The notes beneath the pieces are model-generated. The model saw only the letters and a program-made list of their open reading frames with translations, had not been told where the DNA came from and searched no databases. A stretch of 64,000 bases of DNA from an uncultured Pseudomonadota bacterium (GTDB lineage Bacteria; Oederibacteriota; Muellerivitia; Muellerivitales; Muellerivitaceae). The stretch covers positions 192,001 through 256,000 of the forward strand of contig CAWIIP010000005.1 in assembly GCA_963836235.1 (NCBI GenBank). The letters run 5' to 3'. A program made the position numbers and the translations under genes. Shown here piece by piece: positions 28,698-37,460 of this stretch (position 1 is the stretch's first letter; each line of letters starts with the position of its first letter).

Positions 28698-29950
28698 ATA
28701 CATTGATTTTCCTGGCCGGGCATAGTTTACGGCGGCATGCCATGTCAACCCTTGTCACCGCCTTTTCGGCGGCCTTGGCGGTCGGCCTGACTTTATCCGT
28801 CTTTGGTTTGGCCGCCCAGACCCGCGCGGCCTTTATGGGTGGAGCCGGGGGTTTTGACGCTGTTCTGGGTGCCCGTGGAAGCCAGCTCCAGTTGGTCTTG
28901 AACGCCGTGTTCCAGTTGGAAACCTCACCCGGCAATATCCCTTGGAGCCTTTATGAAACGATCAAGGCGGACCCACGGGTTTCGGAAGCGGTGCCTTACG
29001 CGGTCGGGGACAATTATTTCGGTTACCGGATATTGGGAACGACTCTGACCGTACGGGATGAACTGCGCAATTCCTCGGGTAAGCCCCTGGAGTTGGAGGA
29101 AGGCGGAAAATGGTTCAATGAAGAGAACCGGGAAGCGGTGGTAGGCTCGGTTGTAGCCCAAAAATGCGGGCTTCAGGTCGGCAGTACCTTCCGGCCCTAT
29201 CACGGCTTAGCTTTTGATCCTGCCATGCAACATGAAGAGACCTATCAGGTGATGGGCGTCCTGAAACCTTCCAATACGCCGATTGACCGGGTCATCTTCA
29301 TTCCCCTGGAAGGCTTCTACCGGATCAAGGGCCACATCTTGCGAGGATCGGGCAAAGATTATGTCCCCCAAGCGGGCCAGCCCATTCCAGATGAGGACAA
29401 AGAGCTCAGCTCTGTCCTGCTGAAGTTGAGGGACCCCCAGGCGGGCTTCAATCTGGATTACACCATCAACAAACAAGGCAAAGTGGCAACCCTGGCTTGG
29501 CCCATCGGGCGCGTCATGGCCGACCTCTTCAACCGGCTGGGCTGGATGAGCCGCATTCTCGCCCTCGTGGCCTACTTGGTCATGGTAGTAGCGGCTTGCT
29601 CAATTCTGGCCGCGCTTCATAACACCATGAGGGAGAGACGCAGGGAGTTCGCCATCCTGCGGGCTTTGGGAGCCAAGCGACGCACCGTGTTCGCCTCGGT
29701 GGTGACCGAAGCCGCCTCCATCGCCGCCTTGGGGGCCTTGGGCGGATACCTGGTTTATGGCCTTTTGTTTTTCCTGGCCGCCGGGTTGGTTCGGGCCCAA
29801 ACGGGAGTCGTCGTGGACCCCTTCTTTTTCCACCCGGCCCTCATTGCCGTGCCCATCGGTATGACGATTTTAGGCGCTTTGGCGGGGGTCGTACCGGCCT
29901 ACCAAGCCTATTCCACCGATGTGGCCGGAAACTTAGAACCCCATTCATGA
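28694..29950 (+). CDS. MacB/FtsX-type ABC permease (ZrgC-like)
   Basis: LGARGSQLQLVLNAVF, ERRREFAILRALGA, 4 TM plus periplasmic domain. Confidence 0.9.
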   Translation: MNTLIFLAGHSLRRHAMSTLVTAFSAALAVGLTLSVFGLAAQTRAAFMGGAGGFDAVLGARGSQLQLVLNAVFQLETSPGNIPWSLYETIKADPRVSEAVPYAVGDNYFGYRILGTTLTVRDELRNSSGKPLELEEGGKWFNEENREAVVGSVVAQKCGLQVGSTFRPYHGLAFDPAMQHEETYQVMGVLKPSNTPIDRVIFIPLEGFYRIKGHILRGSGKDYVPQAGQPIPDEDKELSSVLLKLRDPQAGFNLDYTINKQGKVATLAWPIGRVMADLFNRLGWMSRILALVAYLVMVVAACSILAALHNTMRERRREFAILRALGAKRRTVFASVVTEAASIAALGALGGYLVYGLLFFLAAGLVRAQTGVVVDPFFFHPALIAVPIGMTILGALAGVVPAYQAYSTDVAGNLEPHS

Positions 29951-29960
29951 GGAGGAAAGC

Positions 29961-30452
29961 ATGAAACATTCACATTGGATTCCTTTGGCTTTAATGCTTT
30001 TATCCACCGGCCTCGTGGCTGAAGTCTACGGCGGCCCTTCCCCGGACGGAACAACACCCGTCACAGAATCCGTCAAACCCGGTTTTGAACCCAAAGCCCC
30101 CCATGGGGGTGTTCTGGTGGATGCGGGTGATGACTTTGCCCATGTGGAAATAGTCTTCGATCCCGCCGTTGGAAACCTTTCGGCCTATATTTTAGATGGG
30201 GAGGCCGAAGAAGTAGTCCCGCTAAAACAACCGGAAATCCTGGTGCGTTTAATGAAGCCGACCCGAACCCTGAAACTCAAGGCGTTGGTCAATCCATTAA
30301 ACGGTGAAAAACTCGGAGCAACTTCCTCTTACGGCCTGACGGACCCTTCTTTAAAAGGCCTTTCCCATTTGCGGGGTGTCTTGTTATCAGTGGATTTCAA
30401 CGGCCAGGTCTTCAAAAACCTGGCCTTTCAATTCCCGTCGAAAAAGGAATAG
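29961..30452 (+). CDS. Exported hypothetical protein (PHGG...HVE putative metal site)
   Basis: Signal peptide; KAPHGGVLVDAGDDFAHVEIV; RBS GAGGAGG. Confidence 0.7.
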   Translation: MKHSHWIPLALMLLSTGLVAEVYGGPSPDGTTPVTESVKPGFEPKAPHGGVLVDAGDDFAHVEIVFDPAVGNLSAYILDGEAEEVVPLKQPEILVRLMKPTRTLKLKALVNPLNGEKLGATSSYGLTDPSLKGLSHLRGVLLSVDFNGQVFKNLAFQFPSKKE

Positions 30453-30460
30453 CAGGGCGG

Positions 30461-31129
30461 ATGGAAAAGCACTTAGAAAAAGGAATGGTTTATATGGCCA
30501 CTTTCGGAGTTTTTCTTTTGTTTTCCGCTAGCCCTATTTTAAGCCAGGACATGCGCAAATATTCGTCCGGAGACGATGGAGCACCCACCGTCGAAGGGTC
30601 GGGATCGGCCAACGACGCCAGGATCCAAGCCCTCAGCCAACTTAAGGACCCCATCATCCATATCAAGCCTGAGGACCTGGAGGGAAAGCCCTTGGTCGAT
30701 TTCAGTCGTCTGGCTTGTTTCAATTACGACTATCCGGATGAGGACGGCGGCATGGAGGCCTCCAAAAACCCCAAAAGGAAAAAGCCGGGTATTCCCGATT
30801 CGGTTTTGAGTTTGAACGGAACCAAGGTCGCCATTCCCGGTTTCATGATTCCCATGGACCAGGATGAGGGCGGGGATAAGTGCACCTACTTTATTTTGGC
30901 CCGCAACCAGATGACCTGCTGCTTCGGCGTGGCGCCGGGCTTGAACGAGTGGGTGAGCGTGCGGATGGAAAAGGGAAAAACCGCCGACCTGGAAATGGAC
31001 CGCCCGGTCGTGGTGGTGGGAACCCTGGAAGTCGGAGAGGTTTATAGCCCCGATTCGGGCTGGAGTTTTTACCGGATGAAGGCCGAGAAGGTCATTGTCG
31101 CCGGGAAGAAAAAGATTTGGTTCCAATAA
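30461..31129 (+). CDS. DUF3299-family protein 1
   Basis: LNGTKVAIPGFMIP..FILARNQMTCCFG..NEWV..VGTLEV..YRM. Confidence 0.75.
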   Translation: MEKHLEKGMVYMATFGVFLLFSASPILSQDMRKYSSGDDGAPTVEGSGSANDARIQALSQLKDPIIHIKPEDLEGKPLVDFSRLACFNYDYPDEDGGMEASKNPKRKKPGIPDSVLSLNGTKVAIPGFMIPMDQDEGGDKCTYFILARNQMTCCFGVAPGLNEWVSVRMEKGKTADLEMDRPVVVVGTLEVGEVYSPDSGWSFYRMKAEKVIVAGKKKIWFQ

Positions 31130-31139
31130 GGGGGGCGCC

Positions 31140-31862
31140 ATGAACAGGAAAGAAAGACGGATGTATGAAAAACCGGCCGACCCGGCCAAAACAGCGATGG
31201 TCTCGAAGGCCCATTGGCCCTGGTCGCTGATCGTTATTACTATATTTTGGCTTGGCCTAACCGTGTTTCTCATTAAAACCAACGGCCTGAAAAAGGGGGC
31301 GGGTTGGGGCAAGCTTTTCCTTTCCAAGGCCGCGCCCCAGAACTTGTCGGGCTTCAACGGGTCTTCCCCCGGCCTTTCCGCTTCTCCCACCATTTATGTG
31401 CCGGGGGCGCCCCAAGCCACGGGCGATTACGAAGCTCTTTCATTCAATCTTTTATCGGGTTTTTATTTTTGGGACCCATTGGATGACACTGAAAACGGCA
31501 CAGCGGAGCAAAACAAAAAAAAGAGCAAAGTTCCGGAAAATGTACTGGCTTATAACGGCCATAAGATAGCGGTGACCGGGTTCATGATTCCCATCGACGA
31601 GGACGAGAAGTTCATCGTGTCCAGCTTTGTTTTGGCCAAAAACCAGATGACCTGTTGCTATGGGGCTTCTCCCAAGCCCAATGACTGGATTTACGCGACC
31701 GTCCCCGCAACGGCTAAAAAAGTAGAAGACCAAATGGATATTCCCCTGACAGTTTATGGAACCTTGACGATCGACAGCTCCCTCAGCGATCCGAGCATGC
31801 CCACACTTTACCGCCTCGTCGTGGACAAGGTAGAAGGTCCCAAAAAGAAAGGGTGGTTTTAA
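31140..31862 (+). CDS. DUF3299-family protein 2
   Basis: NGHKIAVTGFMIP..FVLAKNQMTCCYG..NDWI..YGTL..YRL; N-terminal TM. Confidence 0.75.
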   Translation: MNRKERRMYEKPADPAKTAMVSKAHWPWSLIVITIFWLGLTVFLIKTNGLKKGAGWGKLFLSKAAPQNLSGFNGSSPGLSASPTIYVPGAPQATGDYEALSFNLLSGFYFWDPLDDTENGTAEQNKKKSKVPENVLAYNGHKIAVTGFMIPIDEDEKFIVSSFVLAKNQMTCCYGASPKPNDWIYATVPATAKKVEDQMDIPLTVYGTLTIDSSLSDPSMPTLYRLVVDKVEGPKKKGWF

Positions 31863-31868
31863 GTTACC

Positions 31869-32543
31869 GTGAATTTCAATCTACTAAAGAATCCTCAGGA
31901 CAGGCCTATAAAGCAAACTGACATCGGCTCTCCACGGTGTCGAAACTGGATTCTTTTTTTATTGTCCTTGGCGGCCCTTTCACTCCTCCCTATTATCCCC
32001 GTTCATTCGGCGGGCCCCAGTGGAGTGGCAGGGACTCCCGCCTGTCCGGTCTCTGTGTCCCGGGATTTCGGGGGGGCTCCCATGACGGTTTTTACCTCGC
32101 TGGAAAGCCATTCCCTGGTTCCTTGGACTACCCTCGCCCATTTTCCCTATGAAACCCCCGATATCGAGGAACTGGGAAAACCCCATACCAAGTCCATTTC
32201 AAAAAAAGACAAGTTCCCTATACCGGATTTTGTACGTCGGCTGGACGGAACCCCGGTTGCCGTCGTGGGTTTCATGATCCCATTGGCATTAAACGATGCC
32301 GGGGATAAGACAACTTCCTTCATTCTGGCCCGCAGCCAAGCCACTTGTTGTTATGGGATCACACCCCGGATGAACGAATGGATGTATGTCGAAATGGAGA
32401 AGGGCAAATCCGCCGAGGCCATGATGGATATTCCCATCACAGTCTTCGGAACCCTGTCTGTCGGAGCACAAATAAAGGAATCGAATTGGACCCTTTACCG
32501 GATGGTGGCCAACAAAGTCTCGGTTCCTAATATCAATTGGTGA
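31869..32543 (+). CDS. DUF3299-family protein 3
   Basis: LDGTPVAVVGFMIP..FILARSQATCCYG..NEWM..FGTL..YRM. Confidence 0.75.
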   Translation: MNFNLLKNPQDRPIKQTDIGSPRCRNWILFLLSLAALSLLPIIPVHSAGPSGVAGTPACPVSVSRDFGGAPMTVFTSLESHSLVPWTTLAHFPYETPDIEELGKPHTKSISKKDKFPIPDFVRRLDGTPVAVVGFMIPLALNDAGDKTTSFILARSQATCCYGITPRMNEWMYVEMEKGKSAEAMMDIPITVFGTLSVGAQIKESNWTLYRMVANKVSVPNINW

Positions 32544-32612
32544 ACCGAAACCATCAGAAAATCGGTTCCCCTTCTCGAAATTTTTCAACCTCTCTAAATC
32601 AGCGCAACCCGA

Positions 32613-32642
32613 TTGACATTGCCGATCCCCTCTTCCAATAAT
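32613..32642 (+). promoter_or_regulatory. Sigma70-type promoter paralogous to 20493-20522
   Basis: TTGACAttg...-N18-AATAAT with identical spacing, then an AAGGAG RBS. Confidence 0.55.
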
Positions 32643-32668
32643 GTGGCCCATTAAGGAGCGGCCCAACA

Positions 32669-32965
32669 ATGGCTTTTTGCCGAAAGCATTTTTTACCTCT
32701 GATTATCCTTATTCTCTCAGCTTTCCTGCCCGTCCTGGCGGCCCAAAGCTTCCATCACCATAGCCCGACTGAAAACCACCGGGATTGTTCCCTTTGCGAT
32801 TTTCAACAAACCGCTTTCCAAGCCCCTGCCCTTCCCTTGCCCCCGCCCCTAGCTCCGGTTTTGCTGGTTTTCACCCTTTTCATTTTCCTTCCCTTCTATA
32901 GTTACAATCCCTTCACTCTTCAACGTGGCAGGTCCCCTCCGCCAAACCTCCTGTCGTTTTTGTGA
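32669..32965 (+). CDS. DUF2946-like leader protein (HHH-CxxC-RSPP), copy 3
   Basis: FHHHSPTENHRDCSLC, Pro-rich segment, hydrophobic stretch, RGRSPPP. Confidence 0.75.
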   Translation: MAFCRKHFLPLIILILSAFLPVLAAQSFHHHSPTENHRDCSLCDFQQTAFQAPALPLPPPLAPVLLVFTLFIFLPFYSYNPFTLQRGRSPPPNLLSFL

Positions 32966-32969
32966 CCAA

Positions 32970-33004
32970 CGGCCTTTCAGGCCGAATCCACAGGAGGAAA
33001 CATG
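32970..33004 (+). promoter_or_regulatory. Conserved hairpin plus RBS after leader 3 (paralog at 20852-20886)
   Basis: CGGCCT-TTC-AGGCCG aatc CACAGGAGGA aac ATG versus CGGCTTTCAGGCCG atta CACAGGAGGA ctt ATG. Confidence 0.6.
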
Positions 33005-34138
33005 TCTAATCGTTTTAAATTGTTGATATTGATTTCTATTAGTTCCCTTTTACCTAGCTTCTCTAACGCGCAAACCCGCTCCATCATCTCAAACCTGGCC
33101 AACCCGGCCATCGGCATGAGCGCGCTTTTTTTGGGACAGACGGCGCCCAACCTGGAGGAACCCTTCGGCATGCAGTTCCAGGAAGCCGAACTGAGCGTCA
33201 TTTCCACGGTGGATCCTTACTGGACCCTGGCGGCTAATCTTGTTTTTGGCGCCAACCCCGCCGACGGAACACCCGATACGGTGGAGGCGGAGGAAGCCTA
33301 CGCCACCACCGACAGCATCCCGAATATCCTATTGAAGGTCGGGGAAATGCGGGCACAGTTCGGGAAACACGGCCTTTTGCACACTCACGCCTTCCCCTTC
33401 ATCCAGGCCCCCATCATCATGGGCAATTCCATCGGCATGGAAGGTTTTAAGGACGCGGGTATTCAAGCGGCCTGGCTCTCCCCCCTCCCCTGGTTTTGCG
33501 AACTGACCGCCGGGGCCTATACCGCAGTGGCCAACGACGGGGTAACGGGGATCGGTGATCCGGTAGGACAAGGCAACCATCCCTTGGATTTCAATTCCCC
33601 GTCCCACGACAATATTCCCTACCTGTTCCACTTGAAAAATCTTTTCGACGTGGATGAAGACACCACCATGGAACTGGGCGCGTCCGATTTAACCGGCATG
33701 GGCGATGACGGCCTGCATCATGCGGTTTACGGGGCGGACTTGACTTTGCGAAACGTCCCTCTTCGCCAGTCGAACCAGCGGGGCTGGATTCTCCAGGGGG
33801 AATACATCAAGAAGGTCTCCTACAATGAAAGTGTTGACAACCAGGAAACCGACGGGTGGTACGGATCCTTCCAGTACCGGCTAGACCAAGAATGGTGGTC
33901 CGGGGTGCGGGTCGAGGAATGTTACAACGCCACACCGGACTTGGCCGTGGATCCCACCGAAAACTCGCTTCCCGGCAATGTCCAGCGGGTTTCCGCCGAC
34001 ATCGCCTGGCTGGCCTCGGAGTTTTCGGAAGTCCGGGCTGAATATAGTTACGCCCGCAACGACGCGGGTTCGGTGGACAACCGGGCCATGTTGCAATTTA
34101 ATTATGTCATCGGCTTCCATCCGCCGCATTCTTATTGA
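33002..34138 (+). CDS. Metal-uptake-associated outer-membrane beta-barrel
   Basis: NPAIG, EAELS..VDPY, EEAYA, FGKHGLLHTH, WLASEFS, C-terminal GFHPPHSY; lies upstream of ZnuA/B-like genes. Confidence 0.78.
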   Translation: MSNRFKLLILISISSLLPSFSNAQTRSIISNLANPAIGMSALFLGQTAPNLEEPFGMQFQEAELSVISTVDPYWTLAANLVFGANPADGTPDTVEAEEAYATTDSIPNILLKVGEMRAQFGKHGLLHTHAFPFIQAPIIMGNSIGMEGFKDAGIQAAWLSPLPWFCELTAGAYTAVANDGVTGIGDPVGQGNHPLDFNSPSHDNIPYLFHLKNLFDVDEDTTMELGASDLTGMGDDGLHHAVYGADLTLRNVPLRQSNQRGWILQGEYIKKVSYNESVDNQETDGWYGSFQYRLDQEWWSGVRVEECYNATPDLAVDPTENSLPGNVQRVSADIAWLASEFSEVRAEYSYARNDAGSVDNRAMLQFNYVIGFHPPHSY

Positions 34139-34179
34139 GGCAATTTTGAATTCTTAATTTTTAATTCAAGGAGAAACAG

Positions 34180-35094
34180 ATGAAATCATTTTTAAAGTTG
34201 TTATTAGGACTGGTGGCGGGCTTTTTAGCACTACCTGCGTTCGCGGATTTGAAAGTCGCCACCTCGCTCAGCGATTTGGCTTCGGTGGCGGAAGCGGTGG
34301 GCGGCAAGCACGTAACGGCCATCAGCCTTTGTAAAGGCTACGAGGACCCGCATTTCGTGCCGGCCAAGCCCAGCCTCATGAAGGCCATCCAAGACGCGGA
34401 CGTATTCGTGTCCGTCGGATTGGAGCTGGATGGCGGTTGGCTGCCTCTAGTCATTCCGGGAAGCCGGAACCCGAAGATTCAACCCGGATCGAAGGGTTTC
34501 ATCGACGCTTCCGAGGGCATCGAGGTGCTGGACAAACCAGTGGGAACCGTCAGCCGGGCTGAGGGTGATATCCATCCCCTGGGCAATCCCCATTACTATT
34601 CGGACCCCCTGAACTTGGGGATCGTAGCCACTCATTTGGCCGAGGTTTTCGGCGAACTGGACCCGGCTAACGCCGCCGAATACACAGCCAATGCCGAGGA
34701 TTTCAACGCCAAACTGGAAAAGGCCGTCAAAGGCTGGCAGGCACAATTGAAGCCCTTCAAAGGGGCGGAGATCGTGACCTACCACGAGAACTTCAAGTAC
34801 TTCACCAACCGCTTCGGCTTGAAGCTTTTCGGGACGGTGGAACCCAAGCCCGGTATTCCGCCTAGCCCCCGCTACTTGAACGAGACCGGCGAGGCCATGC
34901 AGAAAGCCGGGGTCAAAGTGGTGATCTATCAGCCCTACTATGAGGCGGATGAGGCTAACGAGCTGGCGAAAAAAGCCGGGGCCACGGCTTATGTGATCCC
35001 CAACGAGGTAGGCGGGGTGCCCGAGGCCAAGGATGTATTCTCCAAGTTCGACTTTATCGTCTCGACCTTGGTAAAAGCCTTGGGAGGAAATTAA
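34180..35094 (+). CDS. Zn/Mn ABC substrate-binding protein (ZnuA/TroA family)
   Basis: EDPHF, GLELD, HPLGNPHYY, TYHENFKYF, EPKPGIPPSP. Confidence 0.92.
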   Translation: MKSFLKLLLGLVAGFLALPAFADLKVATSLSDLASVAEAVGGKHVTAISLCKGYEDPHFVPAKPSLMKAIQDADVFVSVGLELDGGWLPLVIPGSRNPKIQPGSKGFIDASEGIEVLDKPVGTVSRAEGDIHPLGNPHYYSDPLNLGIVATHLAEVFGELDPANAAEYTANAEDFNAKLEKAVKGWQAQLKPFKGAEIVTYHENFKYFTNRFGLKLFGTVEPKPGIPPSPRYLNETGEAMQKAGVKVVIYQPYYEADEANELAKKAGATAYVIPNEVGGVPEAKDVFSKFDFIVSTLVKALGGN

Positions 35095-35099
35095 AAACT

Positions 35100-35924
35100 A
35101 TGTCTAGCTTTATCTCGGTTATGGGGCTGCCGATCCTGGCCTGCGTGCTTTTGGTGTTGATCCACCCTTCTTTGGGTACGCACGTTTTGGCCAGGGGCGT
35201 TATTTTCGTGGACTTAGCCTTGGCGCAAATCGCAGCCATGGGCCAAAGCGTGGCTTTCCTGCTGGGGGCCGAGCCCCATGACCCCAGCGTTTACTATTGG
35301 TCTTTCGCCTTCACCCTGCTGGGCGCGGCCTTGTTCAGCTTCCTGTGGGACCGTAACCATTCGGTCCTGCAGGAGGCCTTCATTGGCATCGCCTTTTCGC
35401 TGTCCACGGCCGCTTCGCTTTTGCTTCTGGCCAATGCCCCCCACGGAGCGGAGCATGTCCAGGGAACCTTGAACGGCGAGGCCTTGGGCTGGGTGACCTG
35501 GCGAGACATCGCGATCATGGCCTTCTTTTACGGCATCGTCGGGCTGTTTCTTTTCTTCAACCGCAAGACCCTCACCCTTTGCTCGACCGACCCCAAGGAA
35601 GCCGAACGCCGGGGTATCTCAGTGAAGCTTTGGGATTTTCTCTTTTACGCCGCATTTGGGCTGGTGGTCACCAGTTCTGTCAAAATCAGCGGCGTTCTGG
35701 CGGTTTTTTCATTCCTGATTGTTCCATTGGTTTGCACCACGCTTTTGGGACACAAGGGCTCCACTCGCCTCTACTGGGCCTGGGGCATCGGGTTCGGTGT
35801 CTCCCTGATAGGATCAGTTGTTTCTTATACGAGGGATTTACCCATGGGAGCTAGTATCGTTTGTGTTTTCGGCTTGGCCGTCGTCCTGATCTCCATGGCG
35901 ACCCGCATGAAAAACGCGGACTAG
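35100..35924 (+). CDS. Metal ABC permease (ZnuB/ABC-3 family)
   Basis: LGTHVLARGVIFVDLALAQIAAMG, SVKISGVLAVFSFLIVP, DLPMGASIV. Confidence 0.9.
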   Translation: MSSFISVMGLPILACVLLVLIHPSLGTHVLARGVIFVDLALAQIAAMGQSVAFLLGAEPHDPSVYYWSFAFTLLGAALFSFLWDRNHSVLQEAFIGIAFSLSTAASLLLLANAPHGAEHVQGTLNGEALGWVTWRDIAIMAFFYGIVGLFLFFNRKTLTLCSTDPKEAERRGISVKLWDFLFYAAFGLVVTSSVKISGVLAVFSFLIVPLVCTTLLGHKGSTRLYWAWGIGFGVSLIGSVVSYTRDLPMGASIVCVFGLAVVLISMATRMKNAD

Positions 35925-35957
35925 GCATCGCCGACAAAACAATTTGAATTTGTAGCT

Positions 35958-36006
35958 AAAATAAAAAAGCACCACTGGCTTTAGGCCAATGGTGCTTTTT
36001 TATTTT
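35958..36006. terminator. Bidirectional intrinsic terminator
   Basis: AAAATAAAAAAGCACCACTGGC-ttta-GGCCAATGGTGCTTTTTTATTTT between convergent genes. Confidence 0.85.
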
Positions 36007-36020
36007 ACTGCACTAATATC

Positions 36021-36260
36021 TTAAGAAACGACCGAGTTTCCCTTGGTTTCGGCAGGCTTCGCGGCCTCAGCCGGCAAAGCTGCATTGACCGGCGCGGCCG
36101 GAGTGGAAACGGTGTGATTGGCGGGGTCATCCGGATTCGCAGCCTTTTTAAATTCACGCATCGCCGTTCCCAATCCCTTGGCGAAATCGACCATTTTATT
36201 CGGTCCAAAAAACAAAAGTCCGACAGCGAGAATGAGTAGGATTTCTTCGATACGGCCCAT
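36021..36260 (-). CDS. tatA: Twin-arginine translocase TatA/E
   Basis: EILLILAVGLLFFGPNK....KGLGTAMREFKKA. Confidence 0.88.
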   Translation of the reverse strand: MGRIEEILLILAVGLLFFGPNKMVDFAKGLGTAMREFKKAANPDDPANHTVSTPAAPVNAALPAEAAKPAETKGNSVVS

Positions 36261-36364
36261 GGCACAACTCCCTAAAAACTAAGAATGATGCTTCTATATA
36301 AGGATGCTCCCTTGTCTTGGTTTTTTCAATAGCTATTCCGCTCCACCCTAAAATACCTGGTGAT

Positions 36365-36733
36365 TTACCCCTTGTGGGATTTGGAATAGTGCCGGACAAG
36401 CCCGGGCAATTGCTCCCGGAAAGCCGACTTGGGCAAAGCCAAGTCCGCTCCCAATTCTTTCGCGTCCTGCAAAAGATCGGCTCGCAGGCTGTTGCCGAAG
36501 GCCACGAGGGGGATTTTTCGAGTGGATGGATTTTGTTTCAGCTTTTGAACCAACGAGGGCCCGTCCAATGAAACCAGCCCAATTTCAATGAAAATCACAC
36601 CGGGGTTTCCCTCTTGGAGGGCCGCCAAAAGAGTTTCTTCCTCCGTCAGGCAAAGGCATTCGACCGATTCGCTTTCGGCAGCCTTCTCGATCATTTCCTG
36701 GGATAAGGCTTCTTGGACAATCGCGATGATCAC
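36365..36733 (-). CDS. Stand-alone atypical receiver-domain protein
   Basis: PGVIFIEIG..DGPSLVQKLKQNPSTRKIPLVAF..GADLALPK; the canonical Asp residues are replaced. Confidence 0.7.
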   Translation of the reverse strand: MIIAIVQEALSQEMIEKAAESESVECLCLTEEETLLAALQEGNPGVIFIEIGLVSLDGPSLVQKLKQNPSTRKIPLVAFGNSLRADLLQDAKELGADLALPKSAFREQLPGLVRHYSKSHKG

Positions 36734-36759
36734 TTTTCCGTCCTATTGAAATCCAATGG

Positions 36760-36954
36760 CTATTGTCCGTCCGGAAGCGGGATGAACATTAGCCCGTCAT
36801 CCAAGAAGCTTTTCTTGGCGCCTTTTTGGGCGCAAGAATCCTTTTGGCAGCTATAGACGGCCTTATAGTTCGTCTTTCCCGCGGCCACTTCCCCCTTGAT
36901 GATCTTCCGGGATATTTCTTTCATCTCATTTCCGCAACCCAAACAGGACGGCAT
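36760..36954 (-). CDS. Small Zn-ribbon-like protein
   Basis: MPSCLGCG...YSCQKDSC; RBS AGGAGG. Confidence 0.6.
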   Translation of the reverse strand: MPSCLGCGNEMKEISRKIIKGEVAAGKTNYKAVYSCQKDSCAQKGAKKSFLDDGLMFIPLPDGQ

Positions 36955-37127
36955 GGTTCCTCCTAAAATAAACCACAGCATTTGGCCGCGAATCAAGGCA
37001 AATTTTCACGGTTTTAAAAACAAAGACCAAAGAAATAGAAGCCCTTGCCCCCATATTTTCTTTATCGACAGATTTTGATTTCAATTTTAAATCGGCGTCA
37101 ATTTGCGAGAATTCGCGGCTAATTCTT

Positions 37128-37427
37128 TTACCTCGACCTTTCTTCCATCTCTTTTTCAATCTCAGCGATCCTCACCTCTGTCAACTGGTCGGCTTGCTTC
37201 CGGCCCAAGGGAGCCAGGGCCACAAACTTCGGCTGATTAAGAACCACTAAGTCTTGTTCCCGCATCTTTTCCAGGATCAAGTCCAGGCGTTCCTTGTCCT
37301 CCTTGGGGAAAAGAGCCTTTTGAAAACGGATTTCCTTCAGGATAGATTCCGTCATCAAAAAAGAGGTTTTTCTTTTCTTGAAAACTCGGAGGATGGCGTC
37401 CCGAAACATCTCGAAATCCTCATTCAT
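37128..37427 (-). CDS. Hypothetical protein (possible winged helix)
   Basis: Helical, charged 99-aa ORF in a co-directional run. Confidence 0.55.
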   Translation of the reverse strand: MNEDFEMFRDAILRVFKKRKTSFLMTESILKEIRFQKALFPKEDKERLDLILEKMREQDLVVLNQPKFVALAPLGRKQADQLTEVRIAEIEKEMEERSR

Positions 37428-37460
37428 TCGGCAAACCTTTCAAAGGGTTCGAAAATATCC

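Noticed and set aside
30539-31393. Long antisense ORFs (also 52883-53815, 50910-51650, 40014-40730 and others)
   Set aside because: They are shadows of GC-rich genes on the opposite strand with no recognisable motifs.
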